Below, piece by piece: positions 29,840 through 41,237 of a stretch of 64,000 bases of DNA. The translations under genes were made by a program, and so were the position numbers. This DNA is from Escherichia coli (lineage in GTDB: Bacteria > Pseudomonadota > Gammaproteobacteria > Enterobacterales > Enterobacteriaceae), in NCBI RefSeq assembly GCF_044647545.1, contig NZ_CP172818.1; one strand, 5' to 3'. Every line of letters starts with the position of its first letter. The first letter of the stretch is position 1. The notes under the pieces were generated by a model, which searched no databases, was not told where the DNA came from, and saw only the letters and a list, made by a program, of their open reading frames with translations.

Positions 29840-31108
29840 ATGTATGATTTTGTGATTATTGGCGGCGGCATCATCGGCATGTCGACCGCCATGCAACTGA
29901 TTGATGTTTATCCGGATGCCCGCATTGCGTTGCTGGAAAAAGAGTCCGGCCCGGCCTTTCATCAGACGGGCCACAACAGCGGCGTGATCCATGCCGGGGT
30001 CTATTACACGCCCGGTAGCCTGAAGGCACAGTTTTGCCTGGCGGGAAACCGCGCCACCAAAGCCTTTTGCGATCAAAACGGCATTCGCTATGACAACTGC
30101 GGCAAGATGCTGGTCGCCACCTCTGAACTCGAAATGGAACGGATGCGCGCGTTGTGGGAACGCACGGCGGCGAACGGTATCGAGCGCGAGTGGTTAAACG
30201 CCGAGGAACTGCGCGAGCGCGAACCGAATATCACCGGGCTCGGCGGCATTTTTGTGCCGTCCAGCGGCATTGTCAGCTATCGCGAAGTGACGGCGGCGAT
30301 GGCAAAAATCTTCCAGGCCAGAGGCGGCGAGATTATTTATAACGCCGAAGTCAGCGCCCTCAGTGAGCATAAAAACGGCGTGGTGATACGTACCCGTCAG
30401 GGCGGTGAATATGAAGCATCGACGCTGATTAGCTGTTCCGGGCTGATGGCTGACCGGCTGGTGAAAATGCTCGGCCTCGAACCGGGCTTTATTATCTGCC
30501 CGTTCCGTGGCGAGTATTTCCGCCTTGCGCCGGAGCATAACCAGATTGTTAACCACCTGATTTACCCCATTCCCGACCCCGCGATGCCATTTTTGGGCGT
30601 GCATCTCACCCGCATGATCGATGGCAGCGTGACCGTCGGGCCAAACGCGGTGCTGGCTTTCAAACGTGAAGGCTATCGCAAGCGCGACTTCTCATTTAGC
30701 GACACGCTGGAGATTTTGGGCTCGTCGGGGATTCGCCGGGTGCTGCAAAACCATCTACGCTCAGGACTGGGCGAGATGAAAAACTCGCTGTGCAAAAGCG
30801 GCTATCTGCGGCTGGTGCAAAAGTATTGTCCCCGGCTTTCGTTAAGCGATCTCCAGCCCTGGCCCGCCGGTGTGCGGGCGCAGGCGGTATCGCCGGACGG
30901 CAAGCTGATTGACGATTTTCTGTTTGTCACCACCCCGCGCACGATCCACACCTGCAATGCGCCCTCCCCGGCAGCGACATCAGCAATTCCTATTGGTGCG
31001 CATATTGTCAGCAAGGTACAAACGCTGTTGGCAAGCCAGAGTAACCCCGGACGCACGCTGCGAGCGGCACGTAGTGTGGATGCCTTACACGCCGCATTTA
31101 ATCAATAA
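29840..31108 (+). CDS. lhgO: L-2-hydroxyglutarate oxidase/dehydrogenase, 422 aa
   Basis: Starts MYDFVIIGGGIIG (FAD-binding GxGxxG); ATG at 29840. Confidence 0.9.
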   Translation: MYDFVIIGGGIIGMSTAMQLIDVYPDARIALLEKESGPAFHQTGHNSGVIHAGVYYTPGSLKAQFCLAGNRATKAFCDQNGIRYDNCGKMLVATSELEMERMRALWERTAANGIEREWLNAEELREREPNITGLGGIFVPSSGIVSYREVTAAMAKIFQARGGEIIYNAEVSALSEHKNGVVIRTRQGGEYEASTLISCSGLMADRLVKMLGLEPGFIICPFRGEYFRLAPEHNQIVNHLIYPIPDPAMPFLGVHLTRMIDGSVTVGPNAVLAFKREGYRKRDFSFSDTLEILGSSGIRRVLQNHLRSGLGEMKNSLCKSGYLRLVQKYCPRLSLSDLQPWPAGVRAQAVSPDGKLIDDFLFVTTPRTIHTCNAPSPAATSAIPIGAHIVSKVQTLLASQSNPGRTLRAARSVDALHAAFNQ

Positions 31109-31130
31109 CCTTTGAAAACAGGACGTAACA

Positions 31131-32579
31131 ATGAAACTTAACGACAGTAACTTATTCCGCCAGCAGGCGTTAATTAACGGGGAGTGGCTGGACGCCAACA
31201 ATGGCGAAGTCATCGAGGTCACTAATCCGGCAAACGGCGACAAGCTGGGTAGCGTACCCAAAATGGGCGCTGATGAAACCCGCGCCGCTATCGACGCCGC
31301 CAACCGCGCCCTGCCCGCCTGGCGTGCGCTCACCGCCAAAGAACGCGCCAACATTCTGCGCAACTGGTTCAATTTGATGATGGAGCATCAGGACGATTTA
31401 GCGCGCCTGATGACCCTCGAACAGGGCAAACCGCTGGCGGAAGCGAAAGGCGAAATCAGCTACGCAGCCTCTTTTATTGAGTGGTTTGCCGAAGAAGGCA
31501 AACGTATTTATGGCGATACCATTCCCGGTCATCAGGCCGACAAACGCCTGATTGTTATCAAACAGCCGATTGGCGTTACCGCCGCCATCACGCCGTGGAA
31601 CTTCCCGGCGGCGATGATTACCCGTAAAGCAGGTCCGGCGCTGGCGGCAGGCTGCACGATGGTGCTGAAGCCCGCCAGTCAGACGCCGTTCTCTGCGCTG
31701 GCGCTGGCAGAACTGGCGATTCGCGCGGGCGTTCCGGCTGGCGTGTTTAACGTGGTCACCGGTTCGGCGGGCGCGGTCGGTAACGAACTGACCAGCAACC
31801 CGCTGGTGCGCAAGCTGTCGTTTACCGGCTCGACCGAAATTGGCCGTCAGTTAATGGAACAGTGCGCGAAAGACATCAAAAAAGTGTCGCTGGAGCTGGG
31901 CGGCAACGCACCGTTTATTGTCTTTGACGATGCCGATCTCGATAAAGCCGTGGAAGGCGCGCTGGCCTCGAAATTCCGTAACGCCGGGCAAACCTGCGTC
32001 TGCGCCAACCGCCTGTATGTGCAGAACGGCGTGTATGACCGCTTTGCCGAAAAATTGCAGCAGGCGGTGAGCAAACTGCACATCGGCAACGGGCTGGAGA
32101 AAGGCGTCACCATCGGGCCGCTGATCGATGAAAAAGCGGTAGCAAAAGTGGAAGAGCATATTGCCGATGCGCTGGAGAAAGGTGCGCGTGTGGTTTGCGG
32201 CGGTAAAGCGGATGAACGCGGCGGCAACTTCTTCCAGCCGACCATTCTGGTGGACGTTCCAGCCAACGCCAAAGTGTCGAAAGAAGAGACGTTCGGCCCC
32301 CTCGCCCCACTGTTCCGTTTTAAAGATGAAGCCGATGTGATTGCGCAAGCCAATGACACCGAGTTTGGCCTTGCCGCCTATTTCTACGCCCGTGATTTAA
32401 GCCGCGTCTTCCGCGTGGGCGAAGCGCTGGAGTACGGCATCGTCGGCATCAATACCGGCATTATTTCCAATGAAGTGGCCCCGTTCGGCGGCATTAAAGC
32501 CTCGGGTCTGGGTCGTGAAGGTTCGAAGTATGGCATCGAAGATTACTTAGAAATCAAATATATGTGCATCGGTCTTTAA
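31131..32579 (+). CDS. gabD: Succinate-semialdehyde dehydrogenase (NADP+), 482 aa
   Basis: Aldehyde dehydrogenase family sequence recognised as GabD. Confidence 0.95.
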   Translation: MKLNDSNLFRQQALINGEWLDANNGEVIEVTNPANGDKLGSVPKMGADETRAAIDAANRALPAWRALTAKERANILRNWFNLMMEHQDDLARLMTLEQGKPLAEAKGEISYAASFIEWFAEEGKRIYGDTIPGHQADKRLIVIKQPIGVTAAITPWNFPAAMITRKAGPALAAGCTMVLKPASQTPFSALALAELAIRAGVPAGVFNVVTGSAGAVGNELTSNPLVRKLSFTGSTEIGRQLMEQCAKDIKKVSLELGGNAPFIVFDDADLDKAVEGALASKFRNAGQTCVCANRLYVQNGVYDRFAEKLQQAVSKLHIGNGLEKGVTIGPLIDEKAVAKVEEHIADALEKGARVVCGGKADERGGNFFQPTILVDVPANAKVSKEETFGPLAPLFRFKDEADVIAQANDTEFGLAAYFYARDLSRVFRVGEALEYGIVGINTGIISNEVAPFGGIKASGLGREGSKYGIEDYLEIKYMCIGL

Positions 32580-32592
32580 CTGGAGAACGCGA

Positions 32593-33873
32593 ATGAGCAG
32601 CAATAAAGAGTTAATGCAGCGCCGCAGTCAGGCGATTCCCCGTGGCGTTGGGCAAATTCACCCGATTTTCGCTGACCGCGCGGAAAACTGCCGGGTGTGG
32701 GACGTTGAAGGCCGTGAGTATCTTGATTTCGCGGGCGGGATTGCGGTGCTCAATACCGGGCACCTGCATCCGAAGGTGGTGGTCGCGGTGGAAGCGCAGT
32801 TGAAAAAACTGTCGCACACCTGCTTCCAGGTGCTGGCTTACGAACCGTATCTGGAGCTGTGCGAGATTATGAATCAGAAGGTGCCGGGCGATTTCGCCAA
32901 GAAAACGCTGCTGGTTACGACCGGTTCCGAAGCGGTGGAAAATGCGGTGAAAATCGCCCGCGCCGCCACCAAACGTAGCGGTACTATCGCCTTTAGCGGT
33001 GCGTATCACGGGCGCACGCATTACACGCTGGCGCTGACCGGTAAGGTGAACCCATACTCTGCGGGCATGGGGCTGATGCCGGGTCATGTTTATCGCGCGC
33101 TTTATCCTTGCCCGCTGCACGGCATAAGCGAGGATGACGCTATCGCCAGCATCCACCGGATCTTCAAAAATGACGCCGCGCCGGAAGATATCGCCGCCAT
33201 CGTGATTGAGCCCGTTCAGGGCGAAGGCGGTTTCTACGCCGCGACGCCAGCCTTTATGCAGCGTTTACGCGCGCTGTGTGACGAGCACGGGATCATGCTG
33301 ATTGCCGATGAAGTGCAGAGCGGCGCAGGGCGTACCGGCACGCTGTTTGCGATGGAGCAGATGGGCGTTGCGCCGGATCTTACCACCTTTGCGAAATCGA
33401 TCGCGGGCGGCTTCCCGCTGGCGGGCGTCACCGGGCGCGCGGAAGTGATGGATGCCGTCGCACCGGGCGGACTGGGTGGCACCTATGCCGGTAACCCGAT
33501 TGCCTGCGTAGCGGCGCTGGAAGTGTTGAAGGTGTTCGAGCAGGAAAATCTGCTGCAAAAAGCCAACGTTCTGGGGCAGAAGCTGAAAGACGGATTGCTG
33601 GCGATCGCCGAAAAACACCCGGAGATCGGCGACGTACGCGGGCTGGGGGCGATGATCGCCATCGAGCTGTTTGAAGATGGCGATCCCAGCAAACCGGACG
33701 CAAAACTCACCGCCGAGATCGTGGCACGCGCCCGCGATAAGGGTCTGATTCTTCTCTCCTGCGGCCCGTATTACAACGTGCTGCGCATCCTTGTACCGCT
33801 CACCATTGAAGACGCTCAGATCCGTCAGGGTCTGGAGATCATCAGCCAGTGTTTTGCTGAGGCGAAGCTGTAG
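32593..33873 (+). CDS. gabT: 4-aminobutyrate aminotransferase, 426 aa
   Basis: Class III aminotransferase sequence recognised as GabT. Confidence 0.95.
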   Translation: MSSNKELMQRRSQAIPRGVGQIHPIFADRAENCRVWDVEGREYLDFAGGIAVLNTGHLHPKVVVAVEAQLKKLSHTCFQVLAYEPYLELCEIMNQKVPGDFAKKTLLVTTGSEAVENAVKIARAATKRSGTIAFSGAYHGRTHYTLALTGKVNPYSAGMGLMPGHVYRALYPCPLHGISEDDAIASIHRIFKNDAAPEDIAAIVIEPVQGEGGFYAATPAFMQRLRALCDEHGIMLIADEVQSGAGRTGTLFAMEQMGVAPDLTTFAKSIAGGFPLAGVTGRAEVMDAVAPGGLGGTYAGNPIACVAALEVLKVFEQENLLQKANVLGQKLKDGLLAIAEKHPEIGDVRGLGAMIAIELFEDGDPSKPDAKLTAEIVARARDKGLILLSCGPYYNVLRILVPLTIEDAQIRQGLEIISQCFAEAKL

Positions 33874-33899
33874 CACCGCACCATGCCGGAGGCGACGCT

Positions 33900-34030
33900 T
33901 TGCGGCTTGTCCGGCCTACGAGAATCCAGGTCGGATAAGGCGTTTACGCCGCATCCGACAATCTGTACGTGAACAGGAATAAATCTATGTCGGCCGGATA
34001 AGGCGGAGCCGCTCTCCGGCAAAAAGAACC
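33900..34030. repeat. REP/BIME elements between gabT and gabP
   Basis: GCCGGATGCGGCGTAAACGCCTTATCCGACCT-type palindromic units in both orientations. Confidence 0.6.
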
Positions 34031-34109
34031 AATAACAATTAAACGCGTGACCCGACGCGGGAAATGTCGGGGCGCTCTCCCAAGTGACACACTTTCGAGA
34101 GGATTCAGG

Positions 34110-35510
34110 ATGGGGCAATCATCGCAACCACATGAGTTAGGCGGCGGGCTGAAGTCACGCCACGTCACCATGTTGTCTATTGCCGGTGTTATCGGCGCAA
34201 GTCTGTTTGTCGGTTCCAGCGTCGCCATCGCCGAAGCGGGCCCGGCGGTATTACTGGCCTATCTGTTCGCCGGATTACTGGTGGTTATGATTATGCGGAT
34301 GTTGGCGGAAATGGCGGTTGCCACGCCCGATACCGGTTCGTTTTCCACCTATGCCGATAAAGCCATTGGCCGTTGGGCGGGCTATACCATCGGCTGGTTG
34401 TACTGGTGGTTTTGGGTACTGGTTATCCCACTGGAAGCCAACATCGCCGCCATGATCCTGCACTCGTGGGTTCCAGGCATTCCCATCTGGTTATTTTCCC
34501 TGGTCATTACCCTCGCCTTGACTGGCAGTAATTTATTAAGCGTTAAAAACTACGGCGAATTTGAGTTCTGGCTGGCGCTGTGCAAAGTCATCGCTATCCT
34601 GGCCTTTATTTTCCTTGGTGCAGTCGCAATTAGCGGTTTTTACCCTTATGCCGAAGTGAGCGGGATCTCAAGATTGTGGGATAGCGGCGGCTTTATGCCC
34701 AACGGCTTCGGTGCGGTATTAAGCGCGATGTTGATCACCATGTTCTCGTTTATGGGCGCAGAAATTGTCACTATTGCCGCCGCGGAATCTGACACGCCGG
34801 AAAAACATATTGTCCGCGCCACCAACTCGGTTATCTGGCGTATTTCTATCTTCTATTTGTGCTCTATTTTTGTCGTCGTGGCATTAATACCGTGGAATAT
34901 GCCGGGGCTGAAAGCCGTTGGATCTTATCGCTCGGTTCTGGAGTTGCTCAATATTCCCCATGCGAAATTAATCATGGACTGCGTGATATTACTTTCCGTA
35001 ACCAGTTGCCTGAACTCGGCGCTGTATACCGCTTCCAGAATGCTCTACTCCTTAAGCCGTCGCGGTGATGCGCCCGCGGTAATGGGTAAAATCAACCGCA
35101 GTAAAACCCCGTATGTGGCGGTATTACTCTCCACCGGCGCGGCATTTTTAACGGTGGTGGTGAATTATTACGCGCCTGCGAAAGTGTTTAAATTTCTGAT
35201 CGACAGCTCCGGTGCTATCGCCCTGCTGGTTTATTTAGTCATCGCCGTTTCACAATTGCGGATGCGCAAAATTCTGCGAGCAGAAGGAAGCGAAATTCGC
35301 CTGCGGATGTGGCTTTATCCGTGGCTCACCTGGCTGGTCATCGGCTTTATTACCTTTGTGTTGGTAGTGATGCTATTCCGCCCGGCGCAACAGTTAGAAG
35401 TGATCTCCACCGGCTTATTAGCGATAGGGATTATCTGTACCGTGCCAATTATGGCTCGCTGGAAAAAGCTGATAATGTGGCAAAAAACACCCATTCATAA
35501 TACGCGCTGA
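34110..35510 (+). CDS. gabP: GABA permease, 466 aa
   Basis: ATG at 34110 (MGQSSQPHEL...); APC-family transporter. Confidence 0.9.
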   Translation: MGQSSQPHELGGGLKSRHVTMLSIAGVIGASLFVGSSVAIAEAGPAVLLAYLFAGLLVVMIMRMLAEMAVATPDTGSFSTYADKAIGRWAGYTIGWLYWWFWVLVIPLEANIAAMILHSWVPGIPIWLFSLVITLALTGSNLLSVKNYGEFEFWLALCKVIAILAFIFLGAVAISGFYPYAEVSGISRLWDSGGFMPNGFGAVLSAMLITMFSFMGAEIVTIAAAESDTPEKHIVRATNSVIWRISIFYLCSIFVVVALIPWNMPGLKAVGSYRSVLELLNIPHAKLIMDCVILLSVTSCLNSALYTASRMLYSLSRRGDAPAVMGKINRSKTPYVAVLLSTGAAFLTVVVNYYAPAKVFKFLIDSSGAIALLVYLVIAVSQLRMRKILRAEGSEIRLRMWLYPWLTWLVIGFITFVLVVMLFRPAQQLEVISTGLLAIGIICTVPIMARWKKLIMWQKTPIHNTR

Positions 35511-35530
35511 TAATGATCAGGAGTCACACC

Positions 35531-36193
35531 ATGACCATTACCTCTCTGGATGGCTATCGCTGGCTGAAGAACGATATTATTCGCGGTAATTTTCAACCGG
35601 ATGAAAAATTACGGATGAGTTTGCTGACATCGCGTTATGCACTTGGCGTTGGGCCGTTACGGGAAGCTCTTTCGCAACTGGTGGCGGAACGGCTGGTCAC
35701 GGTGGTGAATCAAAAAGGGTATCGGGTGGCGTCTATGTCAGAGCAGGAGCTGCTCGATATTTTCGACGCCCGCGCCAATATGGAAGCGATGCTGGTGAGT
35801 CTGGCGATTGCCCGCGGTGGCGATGAATGGGAGGCAGACGTTCTCGCAAAAGCGCATCTGCTCAGTAAGCTTGAGGCCTGTGACGCCAGTGAGAAAATGC
35901 TTGATGAGTGGGATCTGCGTCATCAGGCGTTTCATACTGCAATTGTGGCGGGCTGTGGTTCTTACTATTTGCTGCAAATGCGTGAACGGTTGTTTGATCT
36001 GGCAGCGCGTTATCGCTTTATCTGGCTGCGGCGAACAGTGCTTTCGGTGGAAATGCTGGAAGATAAACACGATCAGCACCAGACCCTGACTGCGGCGGTA
36101 CTGGCGCGAGATACCGCGCGCGCCAGTGAGTTAATGCGCCAGCATTTACTGACGCCAATTCCCATTATCCAGCAGGCGATGGCTGGCAATTAA
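35531..36193 (+). CDS. csiR: GntR-family regulator CsiR, 220 aa
   Basis: ATG at 35531 (MTITSLDGYR...) with CAGGAG RBS. Confidence 0.85.
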   Translation: MTITSLDGYRWLKNDIIRGNFQPDEKLRMSLLTSRYALGVGPLREALSQLVAERLVTVVNQKGYRVASMSEQELLDIFDARANMEAMLVSLAIARGGDEWEADVLAKAHLLSKLEACDASEKMLDEWDLRHQAFHTAIVAGCGSYYLLQMRERLFDLAARYRFIWLRRTVLSVEMLEDKHDQHQTLTAAVLARDTARASELMRQHLLTPIPIIQQAMAGN

Positions 36194-36643
36194 CTACTCT
36201 TCAGGAATACGCAACACTTGCCCCGGGTAAATTTTATCCGGGCTTTTTAGCATCGGTTTATTCGCTTCGAAGATTTTATTGTACAGATTAGCGTTACCGT
36301 AGACCTGTTTGGAAATGGCACTCAGAGTGTCGCCAGACTTAACGGTATAAAACTGGCTGGCAGTGGCTGGTGTCGCCGTTTTCACCTGATCATCGACACT
36401 GGCAATACCGGAAATATTCCCCACCGCAACAAGGATTTTCTCCTTCGCCTCCTGACTTAAGCCGTCACCCGTGACCGTCGCTTTGCCGTCGGCAATTTGA
36501 ATGTTCACTTTATCGGCATCAGGTATACCGGTTTTGTTCAGATGCTCCTGCACCTTCTTCGCCTGATCGTCTTTATCGTGCTGACCTGTAACCGCGTCCC
36601 AGAGTTTTTCTCCGGCATCTTTCACAAAATTGAACAGACCCAT
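36194..36643 (-). CDS. kbp: Potassium-binding protein Kbp (BON plus LysM), 149 aa
   Basis: Start [11 protein letters not shown] at 36643 with GAGGT RBS; LysM-like C-terminus. Confidence 0.85.
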
Positions 36644-36726
36644 AGCTACCTCATTCGTTAACGGAAACACTCAGAAAGTGTAGCAGAGGAACGCGGCGCG
36701 TTAACGCCGCGGGGGTGAGCACAGGT

Positions 36727-36885
36727 TTAATCGCGGGTTTGCACCCAAAACGCGTGAATCAAACCGGGGATATACCCAAGCAGTGTCAGCAGAATATTAA
36801 TAATGAACGCCCAACCGAACCCTTTACCGAGCAGCACGCCGAGCGGCGGCAGAATGATGGTGATGACGATTCTCCAGAAACCCAT
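36727..36885 (-). CDS. yqaE: Small membrane protein YqaE (Pmp3 family), 52 aa
   Basis: Reverse-strand translation MGFWRIVITIILPPLGVLLGKGFGWAFIINILLTLLGYIPGLIHAFWVQTRD. Confidence 0.8.
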   Translation of the reverse strand: MGFWRIVITIILPPLGVLLGKGFGWAFIINILLTLLGYIPGLIHAFWVQTRD

Positions 36886-37067
36886 ATGTACTCCCTATAA
36901 GAAAATTACTCATTGTTTAAAAAGAGATTTTATCTCTTAAGCGTAGTAATTTTAGCGGAGCCTGCCAGTTTCAGCTTACGCTTTTACTCTCATTTACGCT
37001 GCTGAGGCTGGTATATGTTGCATTTTTAGTTTAGAGTTTGCTTAATTTAGAAAATACTTAAATAACT

Positions 37068-37367
37068 ATGACTGAACTCGCGCAATTACAGGCCAGTGCC
37101 GAACAGGCAGCGGCCTTATTGAAAGCAATGAGCCACCCTAAACGATTGCTGATTCTGTGCATGCTTAGCGGTTCCCCCGGCACCAGCGCGGGAGAGCTGA
37201 CTCGCATTACCGGACTGAGTGCCTCTGCGACATCACAGCATCTCGCTCGTATGCGGGACGAAGGGCTTATCGACAGCCAACGGGATGCCCAACGCATTCT
37301 ATATTCCATTAAAAATGAGGCGGTAAATGCCATTATCGCCACCCTGAAAAATGTCTATTGTCCGTAA
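37068..37367 (+). CDS. ygaV: ArsR-family transcriptional regulator, 99 aa
   Basis: HTH ArsR-like sequence; operon with ygaP. Confidence 0.85.
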   Translation: MTELAQLQASAEQAAALLKAMSHPKRLLILCMLSGSPGTSAGELTRITGLSASATSQHLARMRDEGLIDSQRDAQRILYSIKNEAVNAIIATLKNVYCP

Positions 37368-37376
37368 GGAGTCACT

Positions 37377-37901
37377 ATGGCTTTGACAACCATTTCGCCG
37401 CATGATGCACAAGAATTAATCGCACGCGGCGCAAAGTTAATCGATATTCGTGACGCTGATGAATATCTTCGTGAACATATTCCTGAAGCAGATCTGGCTC
37501 CATTATCCGTGCTGGAACAGTCAGGTCTTCCGGCTAAATTATGTCGCGAGCAAATTATATTCCACTGCCAGGCAGGTAAACGCACCAGTAATAACGCCGA
37601 TAAATTAGCAGCGATTGCCGCCCCCGCAGAAATCTTTTTACTCGAAGATGGGATTGATGGCTGGAAAAAAGCAGGATTACCAGTAACGGTAAATAAATCT
37701 CAACCCTTGCCGTTAATGCGCCAGGTGCAGATCGCTGCGGGTGGTTTAATATTAATCGGCGTTATACTGGGTTATACCGTAAATAGCGGTTTCTTCTTAT
37801 TAAGCGGCTTTGTTGGTGCCGGGTTACTGTTTGCAGGAATTAGCGGTTTTTGTGGGATGGCAAGGTTGTTAGATAAGATGCCGTGGAACCAACGAGCTTG
37901 A
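37377..37901 (+). CDS. ygaP: Membrane-anchored rhodanese (thiosulfate sulfurtransferase), 174 aa
   Basis: Rhodanese active-site Cys motif (CQAGKRT) plus C-terminal transmembrane segments. Confidence 0.85.
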   Translation: MALTTISPHDAQELIARGAKLIDIRDADEYLREHIPEADLAPLSVLEQSGLPAKLCREQIIFHCQAGKRTSNNADKLAAIAAPAEIFLLEDGIDGWKKAGLPVTVNKSQPLPLMRQVQIAAGGLILIGVILGYTVNSGFFLLSGFVGAGLLFAGISGFCGMARLLDKMPWNQRA

Positions 37902-37947
37902 GAAGCGACGCCGGACGCGCCATAGCGGCGGCATCCGGCCTCAGTAA

Positions 37948-38352
37948 TTAGATCAGGAAATCGTCGAGAGATTTACCTTCTGCCAGCGCCTGAGCGATTG
38001 GCTTCGGTGTACGGCCCTGACCGGTCCAGGTTTTAGTTTCACCGTTAACATCGGTGAATTTATATTTCGCCGGACGCGGCTGGCGTTTTTTACCAGCGCG
38101 TGGGGCGGCCGCGGAGCTATTACCCAATAACTCTTCCGGGTTAATTCCGTCAGCTTTCATCAGCTCCAGCCAGGTGCTAATTTTTTCCTGGCGCTCTGCC
38201 AGTTCACGCTGCTGCTGTTCTTCTTCTTCACGTCTTTCTTTAGTGACAACCCTGAATTTTTCGAGCATTTCTTCAAGAACGTCAATGGAGAATTCGCGAG
38301 CCATCGCACGGAGGGTGCGAATGTTATTTAAACTTTGTAACATTACGGACAT
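37948..38352 (-). CDS. stpA: H-NS paralogue StpA, 134 aa
   Basis: Sequence recognised as StpA. Confidence 0.9.
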   Translation of the reverse strand: MSVMLQSLNNIRTLRAMAREFSIDVLEEMLEKFRVVTKERREEEEQQQRELAERQEKISTWLELMKADGINPEELLGNSSAAAPRAGKKRQPRPAKYKFTDVNGETKTWTGQGRTPKPIAQALAEGKSLDDFLI

Positions 38353-39019
38353 AATAAAGAAAACCTTTTAACGCCAAAACAAAAAAGTATTTCGTCGCGT
38401 AGTGTAAGCGATCACTTATTATATTTCCACAAAATTTAATCTATTTACAGTCCTGCGCGAGATTATTTCAGCTGTTATTTTCTGAAACTCTCAGAATAAT
38501 TTCAAGATTATATATTAGCCATTTTGATGAGTAATTTCGGTTATTTGTGAGCAGAGCGGCGCTCTCTGCTCGCTAATTCCGCAAGCCTGACAAAACAAAA
38601 ATGAATAAAAATGCAATTTAACCGAATAAATGGAAACACCCCTCACTGGTGCTTTCTGCTGTCAATGTACATTTTCTGGCATAAAAAATGCTGAAAATGA
38701 CCCGGTCACGACATACACCGAATTCTCTACGCTTATAGCGTTACCTCACCCCCAAACCTTCATGAGTGATAATAAAGGTAAACACATATCCAATTGATTT
38801 AATTAAAAATAAATTATATCGGCATGTAAAAATCCACAATGTACAAAAAACGCGCCGTTACGGAATATTTTATCTACAAAAACAGATTAAATAAAAATTT
38901 TTCACTAATTGATTAGTCATAGCCAGCGATATACGCTATGCGAAAATGCAGATGGCAATGAGATCCACTGCTTTCACCTCCATTAACATCCCATTACGCT
39001 TTTATTAAGGAGCATTAGC

Positions 39020-39469
39020 ATGTTCTCACCGCAGTCACGCTTGCGTCATGCAGTTGCAGATACGTTCGCGATGGTTGTTTACTGTTCTGTCGTGAACATG
39101 TGTATTGAAGTTTTCCTCTCCGGAATGAGCTTCGAACAGTCTTTTTATTCCAGATTGGTAGCGATTCCGGTGAACATCTTAATTGCATGGCCATACGGTA
39201 TGTACCGCGATCTGTTTATGCGCGCAGCACGCAAAGTTAGCCCGTCGGGCTGGATAAAAAATCTGGCGGATATCATGGCTTATGTGACGTTCCAGTCACC
39301 GGTGTATGTGGCGATCTTGTTAGTGGTGGGCGCAGACTGGCATCAGATTATGGCGGCAGTCAGTTCAAACATCGTTGTTTCGATGTTGATGGGGGCGGTT
39401 TATGGCTACTTCCTCGATTATTGCCGCCGACTGTTTAAAGTCAGCCGTTACCAGCAGGTAAAAGCCTGA
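39020..39469 (+). CDS. alaE: L-alanine exporter AlaE, 149 aa
   Basis: Sequence recognised as AlaE/YgaW. Confidence 0.85.
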   Translation: MFSPQSRLRHAVADTFAMVVYCSVVNMCIEVFLSGMSFEQSFYSRLVAIPVNILIAWPYGMYRDLFMRAARKVSPSGWIKNLADIMAYVTFQSPVYVAILLVVGADWHQIMAAVSSNIVVSMLMGAVYGYFLDYCRRLFKVSRYQQVKA

Positions 39470-39482
39470 CCCTTCTTTTCGC

Positions 39483-39512
39483 GACTGGCATCGCCAGTCG
39501 CGTCTTTAACTG
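39483..39512. terminator. Hairpin between convergent alaE and ygaC
   Basis: GCGACTGGC-ATC-GCCAGTCGC inverted repeat between convergent stops. Confidence 0.5.
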
Positions 39513-39850
39513 GCTTCGCCAAATAAACCATTCAAATAACGTTCAAGCGCAACACGCGAACTAAAGCCATGTGGGATACCGTAATGCTCATGACGTTCAC
39601 CCGCTAAATAGAGCGGAAATTGCTGGTAATGATCGCAAGTTTTAATATCGGAAGCGGGTTCAGCCAGTGTTGAACTACGTTCTTTTAATGTTGGATGAAT
39701 CACCAGGGCGGTACGTCCCATTCGCGCTTCGCGATTAACATAGACATAATTTTCCCCACGGCGGTAACCATACGCTTTCTGGGTTACCACATCGACAGTA
39801 AAACCGACTTTTTCAAGTACGCGCGCCACCTCGTCTGGTCGTAAATACAT
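39506..39850 (-). CDS. ygaC: Uncharacterized protein YgaC, 114 aa
   Basis: Sequence recognised as YgaC. Confidence 0.8.
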
Positions 39851-40001
39851 ATTTGATCCTCGTTATTATCAACCGCGGGCCTACCTTACCTGATTGCGCA
39901 TTCACAACGCTTTCAGAAAAGTCCATAAAGCCGCGATGAACCTCAGTTAAGAAAATTATGGTCTACACTGAAAATTACATCGAATTCTAATGGGGGATCA
40001 T

Positions 40002-40331
40002 ATGTTTAACCGACCGAACCGCAACGACGTTGATGATGGCGTGCAGGATATCCAGAATGATGTCAATCAATTAGCTGACAGTCTCGAATCTGTATTGAAG
40101 TCCTGGGGCAGCGACGCCAAAGGGGAAGCCGAAGCCGCTCGTAGTAAAGCGCAGGCTCTACTGAAAGAAACCAGGGCGCGGATGCATGGTCGTACTCGCG
40201 TCCAGCAAGCCGCGCGCGATGCCGTTGGCTGCGCGGATTCTTTTGTTCGTGAAAGACCCTGGTGTAGTGTGGGTACAGCGGCAGCGGTGGGTATTTTTAT
40301 CGGCGCACTGTTAAGCATGCGCAAATCGTAG
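40002..40331 (+). CDS. ygaM: ElaB/YgaM-family membrane-anchored protein, 109 aa
   Basis: ATG at 40002 (MFNRPNRNDV...) with GGGGGA RBS; C-terminal transmembrane anchor. Confidence 0.8.
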   Translation: MFNRPNRNDVDDGVQDIQNDVNQLADSLESVLKSWGSDAKGEAEAARSKAQALLKETRARMHGRTRVQQAARDAVGCADSFVRERPWCSVGTAAAVGIFIGALLSMRKS

Positions 40332-40361
40332 TGCAAAAATGATAATAAATACGCGTCTTTG

Positions 40362-40390
40362 ACCCCGAAGCCTGGCTTCGGGGTTTCTTC
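40362..40390 (+). terminator. Intrinsic terminator after ygaM
   Basis: CCCCGAAGCC-TGG-CTTCGGGG hairpin followed by TTTCTTC. Confidence 0.7.
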
Positions 40391-40584
40391 ATTATGCCCG
40401 GCAAAAAAACACAAAAATCCCCTACCCCGTTGAGCCATTCATCGGTGGCGTAATCAATCTAAAATTCCCATATCTTGTGTGGTTGAATCTTTTTTCAACT
40501 ACATCTAGTATCTCTGTATCAACAGAGAGACAACCCGACGCGTATCATCGCGCCGTATCTTCATTTTAAACGGAAATACGAATC

Positions 40585-40830
40585 ATGCGCATTACTATTT
40601 ACACTCGTAACGATTGCGTTCAGTGCCACGCCACCAAACGGGCGATGGAAAACCGGGGCTTTGATTTTGAAATGATTAATGTCGATCGCGTTCCTGAAGC
40701 GGCAGAAGCGCTGCGTGCTCAGGGCTTTCGTCAGTTGCCGGTTGTGATTGCAGGCGATCTTAGCTGGTCTGGTTTCCGCCCGGACATGATCAATCGTCTG
40801 CATCCAGCGCCACACGCGGCCAGTGCATGA
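40585..40830 (+). CDS. nrdH: Glutaredoxin-like protein NrdH, 81 aa
   Basis: CVQC redox motif. Confidence 0.9.
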   Translation: MRITIYTRNDCVQCHATKRAMENRGFDFEMINVDRVPEAAEALRAQGFRQLPVVIAGDLSWSGFRPDMINRLHPAPHAASA

Positions 40831-41237
40831 GCCAGCTCGTCTACTTTTCCAGCAGCTCCGAAAATACGCAGCGTTTTATCGAACGTTTAGGGCTGCCCGC
40901 GGTGCGCATCCCGCTCAATGAGCGGGAACGGATTCAGGTAGACGAGCCTTACATCCTGATCGTGCCCTCTTACGGCGGCGGCGGTACGACTGGCGCGGTG
41001 CCACGACAGGTCATTCGCTTTTTAAACGACGAGCATAACCGGGCGTTGCTGCGCGGCGTTATTGCTTCGGGTAATCGCAACTTTGGTGAGGCATATGGCC
41101 GCGCCGGAGATGTGATTGCCCGGAAATGCGGCGTGCCGTGGCTGTACCGCTTTGAACTCATGGGTACGCAAAGCGATATCGAAAACGTTCGTAAAGGAGT
41201 AACCGAATTTTGGCAACGACAACCGCAGAACGCCTGA
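40827..41237 (+). CDS. nrdI: Flavodoxin-like NrdI, 136 aa
   Basis: Sequence recognised as NrdI; overlaps the nrdH stop. Confidence 0.9.
   Translation: MSQLVYFSSSSENTQRFIERLGLPAVRIPLNERERIQVDEPYILIVPSYGGGGTTGAVPRQVIRFLNDEHNRALLRGVIASGNRNFGEAYGRAGDVIARKCGVPWLYRFELMGTQSDIENVRKGVTEFWQRQPQNA

Noticed and set aside
31847-32359. 170- and 165-aa minus-strand ORFs
   Set aside because: Antisense to gabD.
32611-33876. 181- and 203-aa minus-strand ORFs
   Set aside because: Antisense to gabT.
36715-36900. 61-aa plus-strand ORF
   Set aside because: The opposite strand encodes the well-conserved 52-aa membrane protein YqaE.
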